A DNA stretch of 64,000 nt from an uncultured Solirubrobacteraceae bacterium (GTDB taxonomy: Bacteria; Actinomycetota; Thermoleophilia; Solirubrobacterales; Solirubrobacteraceae). Each line of letters opens with the position of its first letter. Within the stretch, counting starts at the first letter, position 1. Of this stretch, positions 33,195 through 42,968 are shown one piece after another. The position numbers and the translations under genes are program-made. The notes under the pieces are model-generated. The model did no database searches. It was not told the origin of the DNA and saw only the letters and a list, made by a program, of their open reading frames with translations. The stretch covers positions 273,288 through 337,287 of the forward strand of contig CAVUCP010000005.1 of assembly GCA_963740075.1 (NCBI GenBank). Direction: 5' to 3'.

Positions 33195-35099
33195 TCACGG
33201 CTCGATGATGTTGAACCAGATGTCGAACGTGTCGAGCATCGACAGGAACGCCTGCAGGGGCTCCATGTCCGGCTCCACCCTGATGTCGCCGTCTGTCACC
33301 GCGTCAGCGAGGGTTCGCGCGCCGCCGAGCACTCCGTTCAGCGCCTCGCGGCTCAGCGTGATCCGCACGTCAGCGTCCGGGTCGAGCCTGTCGAGCGAGT
33401 GGTTCAGCGACCCGTTCGTGAGTTCCAGGACTGCGTTCTCGCCGGTGTCCGTGAACTCGAAGCTCATCGTGATCGACCGCTCGGCGGCCTTCGGGCCGTT
33501 CAGCCTCACGCCGAGGTAGTTGAACAGGAGCACGAGGCTCATCGCCTTGACCGAGTCCGGCGAGGCGGTCCCACCCCACGGGAAGGATGTCACCCCGTCG
33601 CGGAGCTCTTTGGCGCCTGTCAGGTAGAGGTCACGCCAGGTGCCGGCCTCGGACTGGTAGCCCATCTGCTCGAGCGTGTCTGCCTGCAGCTCCCGCGCCG
33701 CGCGGTTCGTCGGGTCGGCGAAGACAACGTGGTTGACGACCTCGGCGACCCACCGGTATTCGCCGCGATCGAACGCCTCACGCGCCTTCTCAAGAACGGC
33801 GTCGGCGCCGCCCATCAGCTCGACGTAGCGGCCGGCGGAGTCCTCGTGAGGGAGTTTGTGCAGTCCTGCCGGGTTGCCGTCGAACGGGCCGAGGTACTTC
33901 ACGTATGTCGCCTTGACGTTGTGGTTGACGGTCCCGTAGTACGGGCGCAGGGCCCAGTGTTGGGAGAGCGACCGGGGCAGCTCGACGATCTCTGCGATCT
34001 CGTCGGGCGTGTGGCCGTGGTTGGCGAGCCTCAGGGTCTGATCGTTGATGTACCTGTAGGCGTCGCGGCCCTTGCGCAGCATCTCAAGGCTGGCCTGCCT
34101 GCCCCACACCGGCCAGTGATGCATTCCGTACATCACGTCCGTCTTGTGGCCCCAGCGGTCGATCGTCTCGTTCAGGTACTGCGACCATGCCTGCGGGTCG
34201 CGGATCGGAGCCCCCCTGAGCGTGTACGTGTTGTGCAGCGTGTGGCAGCAGTTCTCGGCCGCGGTGAGGGCGCGGAGCTCCTCGACGAACCAGTGCATCT
34301 CGGCCGGAGCCTCCGTGTCCGGTGCGAGCATGAACTCGAACGTCAGCCCGTCGATCTCGAGCTTCTCGCCGGTGTACGTGATGTCGCGTGTCGGCGGTAT
34401 CAGTGTGACGGTGCCGGAGGAGACACCCGACCCCAGTCCGATCCCGACCTGGCCCTTCGGGTCTGATGGAAGCAGAACCCCGTACTGGTAGAGGGCGCGC
34501 CTTGTCATCACGTTCCCGGCCAGGACGTTCTCGGCTACCGCGGCCTCGAGGAAGCCGACCGGCGCGATGATCTGGACCTTCCCCGCGATCACGTCCTCTT
34601 CGTCCACGACGCCCTTGACGCCGCCGAAATGGTCGACGTGCGAGTGCGAGTGCAGCACCGCGACGACGGGCTTGCGCGGACGATGCTCGAAGTAGAGCTC
34701 GAGCGCCGCTCGGGCCGTCTCCACCGAGATCAGCGGGTCCATCAGGATCAGTCCGGTGTCGCCCTCGATGATCGTCAGGTTGGAAATGTCCTGGTTTCGC
34801 ACCTGGTAGAGGCGGTCGACGACCTTGAAGAGGCCGCCCTTGCGCACCAGCTGACCCTGGCGCCAAAGGCTCGGGTTCACGGTGTCCGGCGCCACGGAGC
34901 CGTCCTCGATGAAGTCGAGCCCCGTCGGGTCATAGACGACCCGCCCGTCAGCGTTCGCGACCCTCCCTCCGTCCTTCAGGGGCGCGATGAAGCCGCGTGC
35001 GGCATCCTCGAAGTCCTGGGTGTTCTCGAAGGGCAGCTCGTCGAGCACGGCCTTATTGAGTGCCCTCGTGAACTCGCTGGCCTCGTGTCTGTCGCTCAT
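33195..35099 (-). CDS. Alkyl/aryl sulfatase (SdsA1/BDS1 family: MBL fold + dimerisation + SCP2-like domain)
   Basis: DFEDAARGFI, VNPSLWRQ, HSHSHVDHFGG, TEAPAEM, HNTYTLRGA, HHWPVWG, YYGTVNHN, FNIIEP. Confidence 0.92.
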   Translation of the reverse strand: MSDRHEASEFTRALNKAVLDELPFENTQDFEDAARGFIAPLKDGGRVANADGRVVYDPTGLDFIEDGSVAPDTVNPSLWRQGQLVRKGGLFKVVDRLYQVRNQDISNLTIIEGDTGLILMDPLISVETARAALELYFEHRPRKPVVAVLHSHSHVDHFGGVKGVVDEEDVIAGKVQIIAPVGFLEAAVAENVLAGNVMTRRALYQYGVLLPSDPKGQVGIGLGSGVSSGTVTLIPPTRDITYTGEKLEIDGLTFEFMLAPDTEAPAEMHWFVEELRALTAAENCCHTLHNTYTLRGAPIRDPQAWSQYLNETIDRWGHKTDVMYGMHHWPVWGRQASLEMLRKGRDAYRYINDQTLRLANHGHTPDEIAEIVELPRSLSQHWALRPYYGTVNHNVKATYVKYLGPFDGNPAGLHKLPHEDSAGRYVELMGGADAVLEKAREAFDRGEYRWVAEVVNHVVFADPTNRAARELQADTLEQMGYQSEAGTWRDLYLTGAKELRDGVTSFPWGGTASPDSVKAMSLVLLFNYLGVRLNGPKAAERSITMSFEFTDTGENAVLELTNGSLNHSLDRLDPDADVRITLSREALNGVLGGARTLADAVTDGDIRVEPDMEPLQAFLSMLDTFDIWFNIIEP

Positions 35100-35199
35100 C
35101 TGCGCTCCCCTGTCGGTGATTTCGCCTGAGGGCGTGTTCTACCGCACCGGCCCCTGTGCACACATCACGGGAACCCCGCATCGGGGGTATGGTCTACAC

Positions 35200-36624
35200 A
35201 TGGCCGACACGGAACTGCAGCTCTCACCTGTACCGCACCTGACGCCCTCCGAGCGTGTGGCGCGCGGGAAGGCTGCGCGCCAGGAGGTGCCCAGGCGCAG
35301 CCACGGCGTCTTCGAGCCGGTCGCTCACCGCCCGGATCCTGTGGAGCTCCTCGAACGACAGGCCGAGTCGCGTGTCCCTGAGCTCGTTCCGATCCGCTAC
35401 GGGCGCATGCTCGTCTCGCCGTTCACCTTCTACCGGGGCGCCGCGATGATCATGGCGAGCGATCTCACCGCCACCCCCCGATCCGGTCTTCAGGTGCAGT
35501 GCTGCGGCGATGCGCACCTCTCGAACTTCGGAGTGTTCGCCTCACCCGAGCGACGTCTCATGTTCGACCTGAACGACTTCGACGAGACGCTGCCGGGACC
35601 GTGGGAGTGGGACGTCAAGCGACTGGCGGCGAGCATGCTGATCGCCGCACAGAGCAACGATTTCGCGGTCAAGGACCAGGACCAGATCGTGCTCGACACC
35701 GTCGCTGCATACCGCAACGCGATGATCGACTTCGCGGGAAAAGGCAACCTCGAGGTCTGGTATGCGCGCCTTGAAATCGAGAAAGTCCTCAAGGAATACG
35801 GCTCGCAACTACAGCCCGCGGCGGTCAAGAAGACCGAGAAGGCTCTGGCCAAGGCCCAGACGAAGGACAGCATGGCGGCCTTCTCCAAACTGACGGAGCT
35901 CGTCGACGGGAAGCCGCGGATCATCGCCGAACCGCCCCTGATCGTGCCGGTGGACGACCTCGTTCAGGGAGCGGAACGCGACGAACTCTCGACGGCCTGC
36001 ACGAACTGCTGCGCACCTACCGATCCTCCCTGGAGCACGACAGGCGGCGTGCTGCTCGAGGAGTTCCGGCTCGCGGACTTCGCGCGCAAAGTGGTGGGCG
36101 TGGGCAGCGTCGGCACGCGAGCGTGGATCGCGCTGCTTCTCGGCCGCGACGAGCAGGATCCGCTCTTCCTGCAGCTCAAGGAGGCCCAGCCGTCGGTGCT
36201 CGAGGAGTTCCTCGGGCCCAGCGAGTTCGAGAACCACGGGGAGCGTGTCGTCGCCGGCCAGCGGCTGATGCAGGCCGCCAGCGACATCTTCCTCGGATGG
36301 CTGCACGTCCGGTCCGGGATCGATGGCCAGGAGCGCGACTTCTACGGGCGCCAGCTGAAGGACTGGAAGGGGTCCGCTGAAACCGACCAGATGGTCCCCC
36401 GCGGCATGAGCGCGTACGGGCGCCTGTGCGGCTGGACGCTCGCACGAGCGCACGCGCGAAGCGGCGACCGGATCGCGATCGCCGCCTACCTCGGCAAGGG
36501 GAACACCTTCGACCGCGCGATCGTCGACTTCTCCCGCGCCTACGCGGAGCAGAACGAGCGCGACTACGGCGCGCTCGCAGACGCGGTGAAGTCCGGGCGC
36601 GTCAAGGCCGAGCTCGGGGTCTAG
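35200..36624 (+). CDS. DUF2252 family protein (contains a compensated frameshift at about 35988-36048)
   Basis: IRYGRMLVSPFTFYRGAA, GDAHLSNFG, FDLNDFDE, KVVGVGSVG, LQLKEA, RQLKDWKG, LARAHARSGD. Confidence 0.88.
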   Translation: MADTELQLSPVPHLTPSERVARGKAARQEVPRRSHGVFEPVAHRPDPVELLERQAESRVPELVPIRYGRMLVSPFTFYRGAAMIMASDLTATPRSGLQVQCCGDAHLSNFGVFASPERRLMFDLNDFDETLPGPWEWDVKRLAASMLIAAQSNDFAVKDQDQIVLDTVAAYRNAMIDFAGKGNLEVWYARLEIEKVLKEYGSQLQPAAVKKTEKALAKAQTKDSMAAFSKLTELVDGKPRIIAEPPLIVPVDDLVQGAERDELSTACTNCCAPTDPPWSTTGGVLLEEFRLADFARKVVGVGSVGTRAWIALLLGRDEQDPLFLQLKEAQPSVLEEFLGPSEFENHGERVVAGQRLMQAASDIFLGWLHVRSGIDGQERDFYGRQLKDWKGSAETDQMVPRGMSAYGRLCGWTLARAHARSGDRIAIAAYLGKGNTFDRAIVDFSRAYAEQNERDYGALADAVKSGRVKAELGV

Positions 36625-36654
36625 CGCCGCCTCAGGACCGGCGCCCCGTGCGCG

Positions 36655-37496
36655 CTAGCCGTGGATCAGGGGCCGGAAGGGCCGGGTCTCATGCTCGCCG
36701 CCGGGCCCGATGGTCAGCGCAGTCGACTCGGGGATCTCGTGCCACAGGCCGGGAAGGTCGGTGAACGGCTCGGAGACCACGAGGTGATCGCCGTCCCGGA
36801 GCCGAGCGCAGCCGCGGGTTCTCGGGGTGCAGCGCCCTGATCGACGTCCACCTCACTGGAGCTGAAGAGGGTCCGCGAGTTGTGCTCGGTCGAGTACCGC
36901 ACGGCCCACAGCGACTCGCCGTCGCTCACGCCGATGCTCGCCTGGATCGCCTTCTCGACGCCGTGGCGCGCCGCGGTCGACTCGACGAACCCGACGGCGC
37001 GCTCGAGCGCCGCGAGCGGTTCGTCCTCGAGCCCTTCGGTGAGCGCAAGGTGAAACAGCAGCTCGGAGTCCGTGGAGCCTTCTATGTGGGGGAACAGCGA
37101 AGGATCGACCGCGAGCATCAGGTCGCGGTGCAGCTGCGGGAAGCCGTTGATGAGGCCGTTGTGGACGAACAGGCGCCCGACGATGGGTGTAGGGGTGGCA
37201 GTTGGTCTCCTGCACCGCGGTGCCCGACGTGGCCCGGACGTGCGCGAGGAACAGCGGCGACTCGATATGCGACGCGAGGTGGCGCAGGTTCCGGTCAGAC
37301 CACGCCGGCGAGATGCTGTGGTACACACCCGGCCCGTCGCCGCTCGCCGTACCAGCCGAGACCGAAACCGTCGCCGTTCGTCGTCTCCGCACCCATACGC
37401 GAATGCAGGCTCTGATCGATGAGTGCCGTGCTTGGGCTTGAACAGGAGCTCGTCAATGAGCAGATCCTGCCCGTGCCAGGCCATCCAGCGGCACAT
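36655..37496 (-). CDS. Class II (Ntn) glutamine amidotransferase-like protein (EgtC/Dug3-like); several frameshifts
   Basis: MCRW start (Cys2 nucleophile); LIDQS, NGDGFGLGWY, AHVRATSG, NCHP, HNG, GSTDSE, VVSEP fragments are spread over alternating frames. Confidence 0.75.
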
Positions 37497-37627
37497 GTCC
37501 TTCGCCTTTCCTCGAGGGCGGTGTCACCCGCGTGCACCCCCGTGGCCGGGGCGCGGGCATGTCCCGCGCAGGCTACATTGCGTGCGCGAACAGCGCCGGC
37601 AGTGAATCGCCGGCGGGCAAGAGGACG

Positions 37628-38518
37628 ATGACCGAAGCCGCCCACACAGAGCAGGATCTACCCACCGCCGCGAAGGGCTACCTCGAGCTCCCCGAGGGCT
37701 GGAAGCGTGTGCGCTCCCAGGGCCCTGGCCCGTTCGTCACCTCCGAGGTGCTGCGTGCACCCGATGGAAGTGAGGTGCACTGGCGCTCTCGCTCGCACCG
37801 CAAGAGACGCAGAGCCTCGGCCGGCGCGCGGGAACCCACGTGGTGGCGCCCGCGCACCCGTGGCTGGTGGATGAGCGTCCTGTTCTCGGTCGGAGCGTTC
37901 TGCTTCCTCGTGGCAGCGGTCGCGGCGCAATGGGAGAGCAGCCCCAGAGGAGCGATCGGCGTGACGTTCTTCGTCGGCTCGATCTTCTTCACATCCGCCG
38001 CCTACCTCCAGTACTCCGAGACGGTCAACGCCGACCACACGCTCACCGCGGACGCGAAACGTGCGCGGTGGCGCCCCGCCTCCTGGGAACCACGCCGGAT
38101 CGACTGGGTGGCCTCGTCCGTGCAGCTCGTCGGAACCGTGTTCTTCAACATGAGCACGTTCGCGGCGATGAAACACGGGCTCACCACGAAGCAGACCAAC
38201 ACACGGGTCTGGGGCCCGGACGCGCTGGGCTCCGTCTGCTTCCTGATCGCGAGCGAGCTCGCCTACGCGGAGGTCTGCCACCGCTGGGTTTGCTTCAGGA
38301 ATCGTTCGCTGTCGTGGTGGATCGTGGCGCTGAACATGACCGGCTCGATCGCGTTCGGCGCGGCGGCGGTCGCGTCGCTTCTCGAGCCCGGCAGCGGCGA
38401 GCCGATCAGCGCCCGAATCTCGAACGGCGGGACGGCGATCGGCGGTCTGTGCTTCCTGATCGGGGCGGTCCTGCTGATGCCCGAGGCAGCCCGCGAGTCG
38501 GCGCAGCCCGGCGATTGA
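37628..38518 (+). CDS. Multi-pass membrane protein with YrhK-like repeats
   Basis: GAGG RBS; about 6 TMs with repeated F-x-x-GS-x-x-F motifs. Confidence 0.7.
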   Translation: MTEAAHTEQDLPTAAKGYLELPEGWKRVRSQGPGPFVTSEVLRAPDGSEVHWRSRSHRKRRRASAGAREPTWWRPRTRGWWMSVLFSVGAFCFLVAAVAAQWESSPRGAIGVTFFVGSIFFTSAAYLQYSETVNADHTLTADAKRARWRPASWEPRRIDWVASSVQLVGTVFFNMSTFAAMKHGLTTKQTNTRVWGPDALGSVCFLIASELAYAEVCHRWVCFRNRSLSWWIVALNMTGSIAFGAAAVASLLEPGSGEPISARISNGGTAIGGLCFLIGAVLLMPEAARESAQPGD

Positions 38519-38622
38519 ACGCACGCAGCGCGCGAAACATATACTCGCGCGACAGCGCCCTCTCGGGTCTCATCGCCCCGACTGCCGGCCGCGGACCGCA
38601 GCAACAATCCTGGGAGGTTCAA

Positions 38623-40047
38623 GTGTCAGCGCATCACAGTCGCGACGTTGGGAAGGAGGGCGAGATCCCCGAGGTGACCCGCCAGCAGATCGAGCGCATG
38701 GAGGGCCGTTTCGGCAACCGCTACCTGCTCGAGCCGGCACCGGACCACAAGCTGCCGAAATCCGGCATGACGGCACAGGAAGCACTCGGCCTGCTGCGCG
38801 AGGAGATGCTGCTCGACGGGCTGCCCGGTCGCAACCTGGCGACGTTCGTGACGACGTGGATGGAGCCCGAGGCCGACCAGGTGATCCAGGAGTCACTGAA
38901 GGTGAACTTCATCGACCACGCCGAGTATCCGCAGTCGGCCGAGGTGGAGCAGCGCTGCATCAGGATGCTCGCCCACCTGTTCAATGCGCCCGGCGAGACG
39001 ACCGGCGCGCGTACGCAGGGCTCCTCCGAGGCGATCATGCTCGGAGCGCTCTCATTGAAGTGGAAGTGGCGTGCCCGCCGTGAGGCGGCCGGGAAGAGCA
39101 CCGAAAAGCCCAACCTGGTCTTTGGCGGCGACGTGCACGTGGTGTGGGAGAAGTTCTGCCGCTACTTCGACGTCGAACCGCGCATCGTCCCGCTGGCGCC
39201 TGACAAGTACACGATCGGCCCCGAGGACGTGGAGCCGCACATCGACGAGAACACGATCGGCGTGGCCGCGGTCCTCGGCACGACGTTCACCGGCCACGCG
39301 GACGACATCCAGGGGATCAACGACCACCTCGTCGCCCTCAAGCACGAGAAGGGGCTCGATGTGCCGCTGCACGTCGACGGCGCGTCGGGGGGCTTCGTAT
39401 GGCCGTTCCTCTACCCCCACTCGGAGTGGGACTTCCGCCTGGAGCAGGTCCGCTCGATCAACGTCTCCGGCCACAAGTTCGGGCTCGTCTACCCCGGCAT
39501 CGGCTGGCTCATCTTCCGGGAGAAGTCCGACCTGCCCGAGGACCTCGTGTTCTACGAGAACTACCTCGGCAAGCGCGACGCGACGTTCACGCTCAACTTC
39601 TCGACGGGCGACTCGATGGTGCTCGCGCAGTACTACAACTTCGTGCGCTTCGGCCACGACGGATACCGGTACATCATGGAGACGATGAAGTACAACGCGA
39701 GGAACCTCGCGAAGGAGATCGAGGCCTGCGACTTCGAAATCATCGGCTCCGAGGAGGAGGAGCAGCTGCCGCTGGTGGCTTTCAAACTCAAGGGCGAGCA
39801 CGAGTACGACGAGTTCGACGTCGCCGCGCAGCTCGCGGCCGAGCGGGGCTGGATGGTGCCCGCCTACACGCTCCCCCCCAACGCCGAACACGTCAAGATC
39901 ATGCGCATCCTCGTGAAGGAGACACTCGGCGCCACCCTGACGAGGACTCTCGGCGAAGACATCTCCCAGGCCTGCGAAACGCTCGAGAAAAAGGGCAAAC
40001 TGCACCCCCACGACCGCAAGAAAGTCAAGACCAACACCGGCTTCTGA
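38623..40047 (+). CDS. gadB: Glutamate decarboxylase (PLP-dependent)
   Basis: GGGAGG RBS + GTG; NLATFVTTWME, EYPQSAE, GSSEAIMLG, WEKFCRYFDVE, HVDGASGGF, SINVSGHKFG (PLP Lys), GWMVPAY. Confidence 0.92.
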   Translation: MSAHHSRDVGKEGEIPEVTRQQIERMEGRFGNRYLLEPAPDHKLPKSGMTAQEALGLLREEMLLDGLPGRNLATFVTTWMEPEADQVIQESLKVNFIDHAEYPQSAEVEQRCIRMLAHLFNAPGETTGARTQGSSEAIMLGALSLKWKWRARREAAGKSTEKPNLVFGGDVHVVWEKFCRYFDVEPRIVPLAPDKYTIGPEDVEPHIDENTIGVAAVLGTTFTGHADDIQGINDHLVALKHEKGLDVPLHVDGASGGFVWPFLYPHSEWDFRLEQVRSINVSGHKFGLVYPGIGWLIFREKSDLPEDLVFYENYLGKRDATFTLNFSTGDSMVLAQYYNFVRFGHDGYRYIMETMKYNARNLAKEIEACDFEIIGSEEEEQLPLVAFKLKGEHEYDEFDVAAQLAAERGWMVPAYTLPPNAEHVKIMRILVKETLGATLTRTLGEDISQACETLEKKGKLHPHDRKKVKTNTGF

Positions 40048-40068
40048 GCCGGCGGCGGCGGGCGCGGC

Positions 40069-40731
40069 TCAGCTGCGCCCGCCGAAGATCCTCAGGAAGA
40101 AGAGGAACACGTTGACGATGTCCAGGAAGATCCCCGCCGCCAGGGGAACCGTTTCCTGCATCCCGGCGCGGCGCATGCGATTGAAGTCCAGCAGCGTGTA
40201 GCCCGCGAAGATCACGAGCCCCGCCACCGAGTAGATCAGGTTGGCGTGCGGGATCGACACGAACACGGCGATGATCCCGAAGACGATCAGCGCCAGCAGC
40301 AGGAAGAACAGCGCCCGGTAGCCGCCCGAGAGGTCTTTGCGGATCGCATATCCGGCCGCGCCGAGTCCGCCGACGAACAATGCGGTGGCGGCGCCCGCCT
40401 GGTAGACGGCGTCGGGCTGCGCTTCGGCGTACTCGTGGAGCACACCGCCCATCCCGAGACCGAGAAGCAGGCCGCCCGCGAACAGCAGCGTTATCGCCAG
40501 GCCCTCGCGGGCACGTGCGAAGTTGAGCCCGACGATGCATATGAAGCCGCCGATGAAGCAGAGGATCGCCCCGCCGCCGACCATGTCCCGGCCGAGGTAT
40601 GCCCCGAGCGCGAAGAACCCGAGCGTCACTGCGACGAGGCCCATCACCTGGCCGAACACGCCGGCCGAACCGACGGTCTCGACGGATCCGAATGCTGAGC
40701 GGGCTTCCCTGTTCGTGAGCGCGTCCGGCAT
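40069..40731 (-). CDS. Bax inhibitor-1/YccA family membrane protein
   Basis: 7 TMs, LLDFNRM, IFLDIVNVFLFFLRIFG end. Confidence 0.85.
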   Translation of the reverse strand: MPDALTNREARSAFGSVETVGSAGVFGQVMGLVAVTLGFFALGAYLGRDMVGGGAILCFIGGFICIVGLNFARAREGLAITLLFAGGLLLGLGMGGVLHEYAEAQPDAVYQAGAATALFVGGLGAAGYAIRKDLSGGYRALFFLLLALIVFGIIAVFVSIPHANLIYSVAGLVIFAGYTLLDFNRMRRAGMQETVPLAAGIFLDIVNVFLFFLRIFGGRS

Positions 40732-40798
40732 AGCGGTGATCTTAGAGCGGCCTGAGGTCAGCGTCCCCACCCGCGGTCTCGGACCGATCCGGCCGGGG

Positions 40799-40828
40799 TT
40801 GACAGATAATTAGTAAGCGTGCATACTA
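40799..40828 (+). promoter_or_regulatory. Sigma70-type promoter overlapped by a probable MarR operator
   Basis: TTGACA (40799-40804), 17 nt, CATACT (40822-40827), ATG 6 nt later; imperfect palindrome TAGTAAGCGTGCATACTA (40811-40828). Confidence 0.7.
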
Positions 40829-40833
40829 CTTTC

Positions 40834-41298
40834 ATGACAACCATAGCCACAGCTCACGCAGACTCCACCGCCCCGCCATCCGCGTTCTTCACCGAGTGGG
40901 CGGACATGGCCAGCTGGCCCGAGTGGAACGCCGACACCGAGTGGGTTCGCCTGGACGGACCGTTCGCAGCGGGCTCCACTGGGGTCCTGAAGCCCCGCGG
41001 GGGACCCAGGGTCAAGTTCGTCATCCAGACGCTCGTCCCGGACCGGGAGTTCGTCGACGTGTCTCTCCTGCTCGGAGCCCGCCTGAGCTTCGCGCACCTC
41101 GTGAGAGCCAACGACGACGGCTCGAGCGCCGTGGACGTGACCATCACGATCAGCGGACCGCTCAGCAGGCTATGGGCCGCGATCATGGGCAAGGGCTTCA
41201 GGAAGAGCGCGCAGGCCGACCTCGACCGTCTCGTGGCGAGGGTGACGGCCCCCGTCGCCGGGACGCTCGACGAGAGGGCCGATCCGGTGCACCGATGA
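40834..41298 (+). CDS. SRPBCC (polyketide cyclase/START-like) protein
   Basis: WADMASWPEWN, LDGPFAAGS, C-terminal helix DLDRL. Confidence 0.82.
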   Translation: MTTIATAHADSTAPPSAFFTEWADMASWPEWNADTEWVRLDGPFAAGSTGVLKPRGGPRVKFVIQTLVPDREFVDVSLLLGARLSFAHLVRANDDGSSAVDVTITISGPLSRLWAAIMGKGFRKSAQADLDRLVARVTAPVAGTLDERADPVHR

Positions 41299-41771
41299 GC
41301 GGGCGGACCGGCAACGCGCAGCCGGCGTCAGAGGCCGCTCTCGCGACGCGGTTCCGGGCCGCCGACGAGAGCCCGGGACTGCTGTTGTGGCAGGTCACAA
41401 ACCGCTGGCAGGCGGCGCAGCGCGCCGCGCTGAAGCCATTCGGGCTGACCCACGTCCAGTTCGTCCTGCTCGCCTCGCTCGCATGGCTGGACAGCGATGG
41501 CCCGATCACCCAGCGCGAACTCGCCGACCATGCCGCGACCGACCCGATGATGACCTCCCAGGTGCTCCGGACTCTGGAGCAGCGCTGCCTCGTCGACCGC
41601 AGCCCGCATCCGCTGGACGGTCGCGCGCAGGCGCTCACCCTCACCAGGCGGGGACGGTCGCTTGTGAACAAGGCGATCACCGCTGTCGAGCAGTGCGACG
41701 ATGACTTCTTCCGCCCGCTCGGCTCAGCGCGCGCGTTCACGCGCGCGCTGCGGGTGCTCCGGGACCGTTAG
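41295..41771 (+). CDS. MarR family transcriptional regulator
   Basis: SPGLLLWQV, GLTHVQFVLL, MTSQVLRTLE, HPLDGRA; ATGA overlap. Confidence 0.9.
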   Translation: MSGRTGNAQPASEAALATRFRAADESPGLLLWQVTNRWQAAQRAALKPFGLTHVQFVLLASLAWLDSDGPITQRELADHAATDPMMTSQVLRTLEQRCLVDRSPHPLDGRAQALTLTRRGRSLVNKAITAVEQCDDDFFRPLGSARAFTRALRVLRDR

Positions 41772-42844
41772 AGCGGCGCCGACGGGGGCACACCGTCCGA
41801 GCACTCGTGACGTGTTTCGCGTGCCTGCGCGAACGTGACCATGTGCCCTTGCTCCTGATCCCACAGCTTCAGGCGCACGGCGCGAAGGCCGTCACGGAAA
41901 CCGAGCGTGGGGACCTGATGGAAGATCGGGTTCTCGTCGTGCGCCCGCTGAAGGTTGTAGTTGGGGATGCGCGCACTGAGATGGTGCACGTGATGCAGGC
42001 CGATGTTGCCCGAGAAGAACTGCAGCACCTTCGGGAGCTTCAGGTAGGAGCTCCCTCGAAGCGCGGCGTCGGCATAGCTCCATCCGTCATCGCTCTCCCA
42101 GTAGGCGTCCTCGAACTGGTGCTGTACGTAGAACAGCCAGATCCCTGCCGAACCGGCCAGCAGCACCGTGGGTGCCTGCACGAGAACGAACGCGGTCCAC
42201 CCCATCAGCCAGCAGAGCAGGGCGACGATCACCACGAGGGCGATGTTCGTGCGGATGACGCTGCGGCGCATACGCGGCCGTGCGTCTCGCGAGACGATCC
42301 TTGGCCCGATCAGAAGCGCCACGATCGGGCCTATCCCGAACATCACGAGCGGGTTGCGGAACAGACGGTATGCCAGGCGGGCACGCGGCTCCAGTGCGTC
42401 GTACTCGACGATCGTGAGCGTCCTGACGTCCCCGCCGCCGCGGCGGTCAAGGTCGCCGGAGGTCGCGTGGTGGATCGCATGGTCGTGGCGCCAGCGAAGA
42501 AAAGGCGAATAGACCAGCAGGCCGAGCACCGTCCCGAGCCAGATGTTGGCGCGCTTGGACGGAAGGAACGAGCCATGCGAGCAGTCGTGGAAGAGGATGA
42601 ACGTCCGTACCAGGAAACCCGAGGCCGGAATGGCCACGAGCAGCACGAGCAGGTACGAAACGTCGAGCAGCCGATACATGAGCACCGAGAGCGCGAGATA
42701 CGGGAGCACGGCCGTCGCGAGATCCAGAAGGCTGCGCCCGATCCGGGGCTTCGCGTAGGGAGCGAGCGTCCGCTGCCATGACACGGCGTCCAGGTGGGGC
42801 ATCCCGGCTGTAACGGCGCCGGGGGCCGATGCGGCGCGGCCCAT
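41768..42844 (-). CDS. Membrane fatty acid desaturase (Des-like)
   Basis: Three His boxes HDCSH, HAIHH, HHVHH; FYVQHQFE; GAGAGGAG RBS before 42844 (alternative start 42802). Confidence 0.9.
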   Translation of the reverse strand: MGRAASAPGAVTAGMPHLDAVSWQRTLAPYAKPRIGRSLLDLATAVLPYLALSVLMYRLLDVSYLLVLLVAIPASGFLVRTFILFHDCSHGSFLPSKRANIWLGTVLGLLVYSPFLRWRHDHAIHHATSGDLDRRGGGDVRTLTIVEYDALEPRARLAYRLFRNPLVMFGIGPIVALLIGPRIVSRDARPRMRRSVIRTNIALVVIVALLCWLMGWTAFVLVQAPTVLLAGSAGIWLFYVQHQFEDAYWESDDGWSYADAALRGSSYLKLPKVLQFFSGNIGLHHVHHLSARIPNYNLQRAHDENPIFHQVPTLGFRDGLRAVRLKLWDQEQGHMVTFAQARETRHECSDGVPPSAPL

Positions 42845-42968
42845 CGCGCTCCTCTCGCCACGACTACAGTCGTGGCTGCCCGTCGCGGGAAGGGGGACGC
42901 GGCGGGGACTGCACACCCATCATAGGTCAGGCTGCTCGACACAGCGCCGGTCTCGGGGCTGCGCGCCT

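Noticed and set aside
36655-37496. Naming the gene egtC
   Set aside because: No egtA/B/D neighbours in the window; family-level call only.
37840-38622. Apparent 260-aa N-terminal extension of glutamate decarboxylase
   Set aside because: It overlaps the YrhK-like gene in another frame; GGGAGG + GTG at 38623 gives a normal-length GAD.
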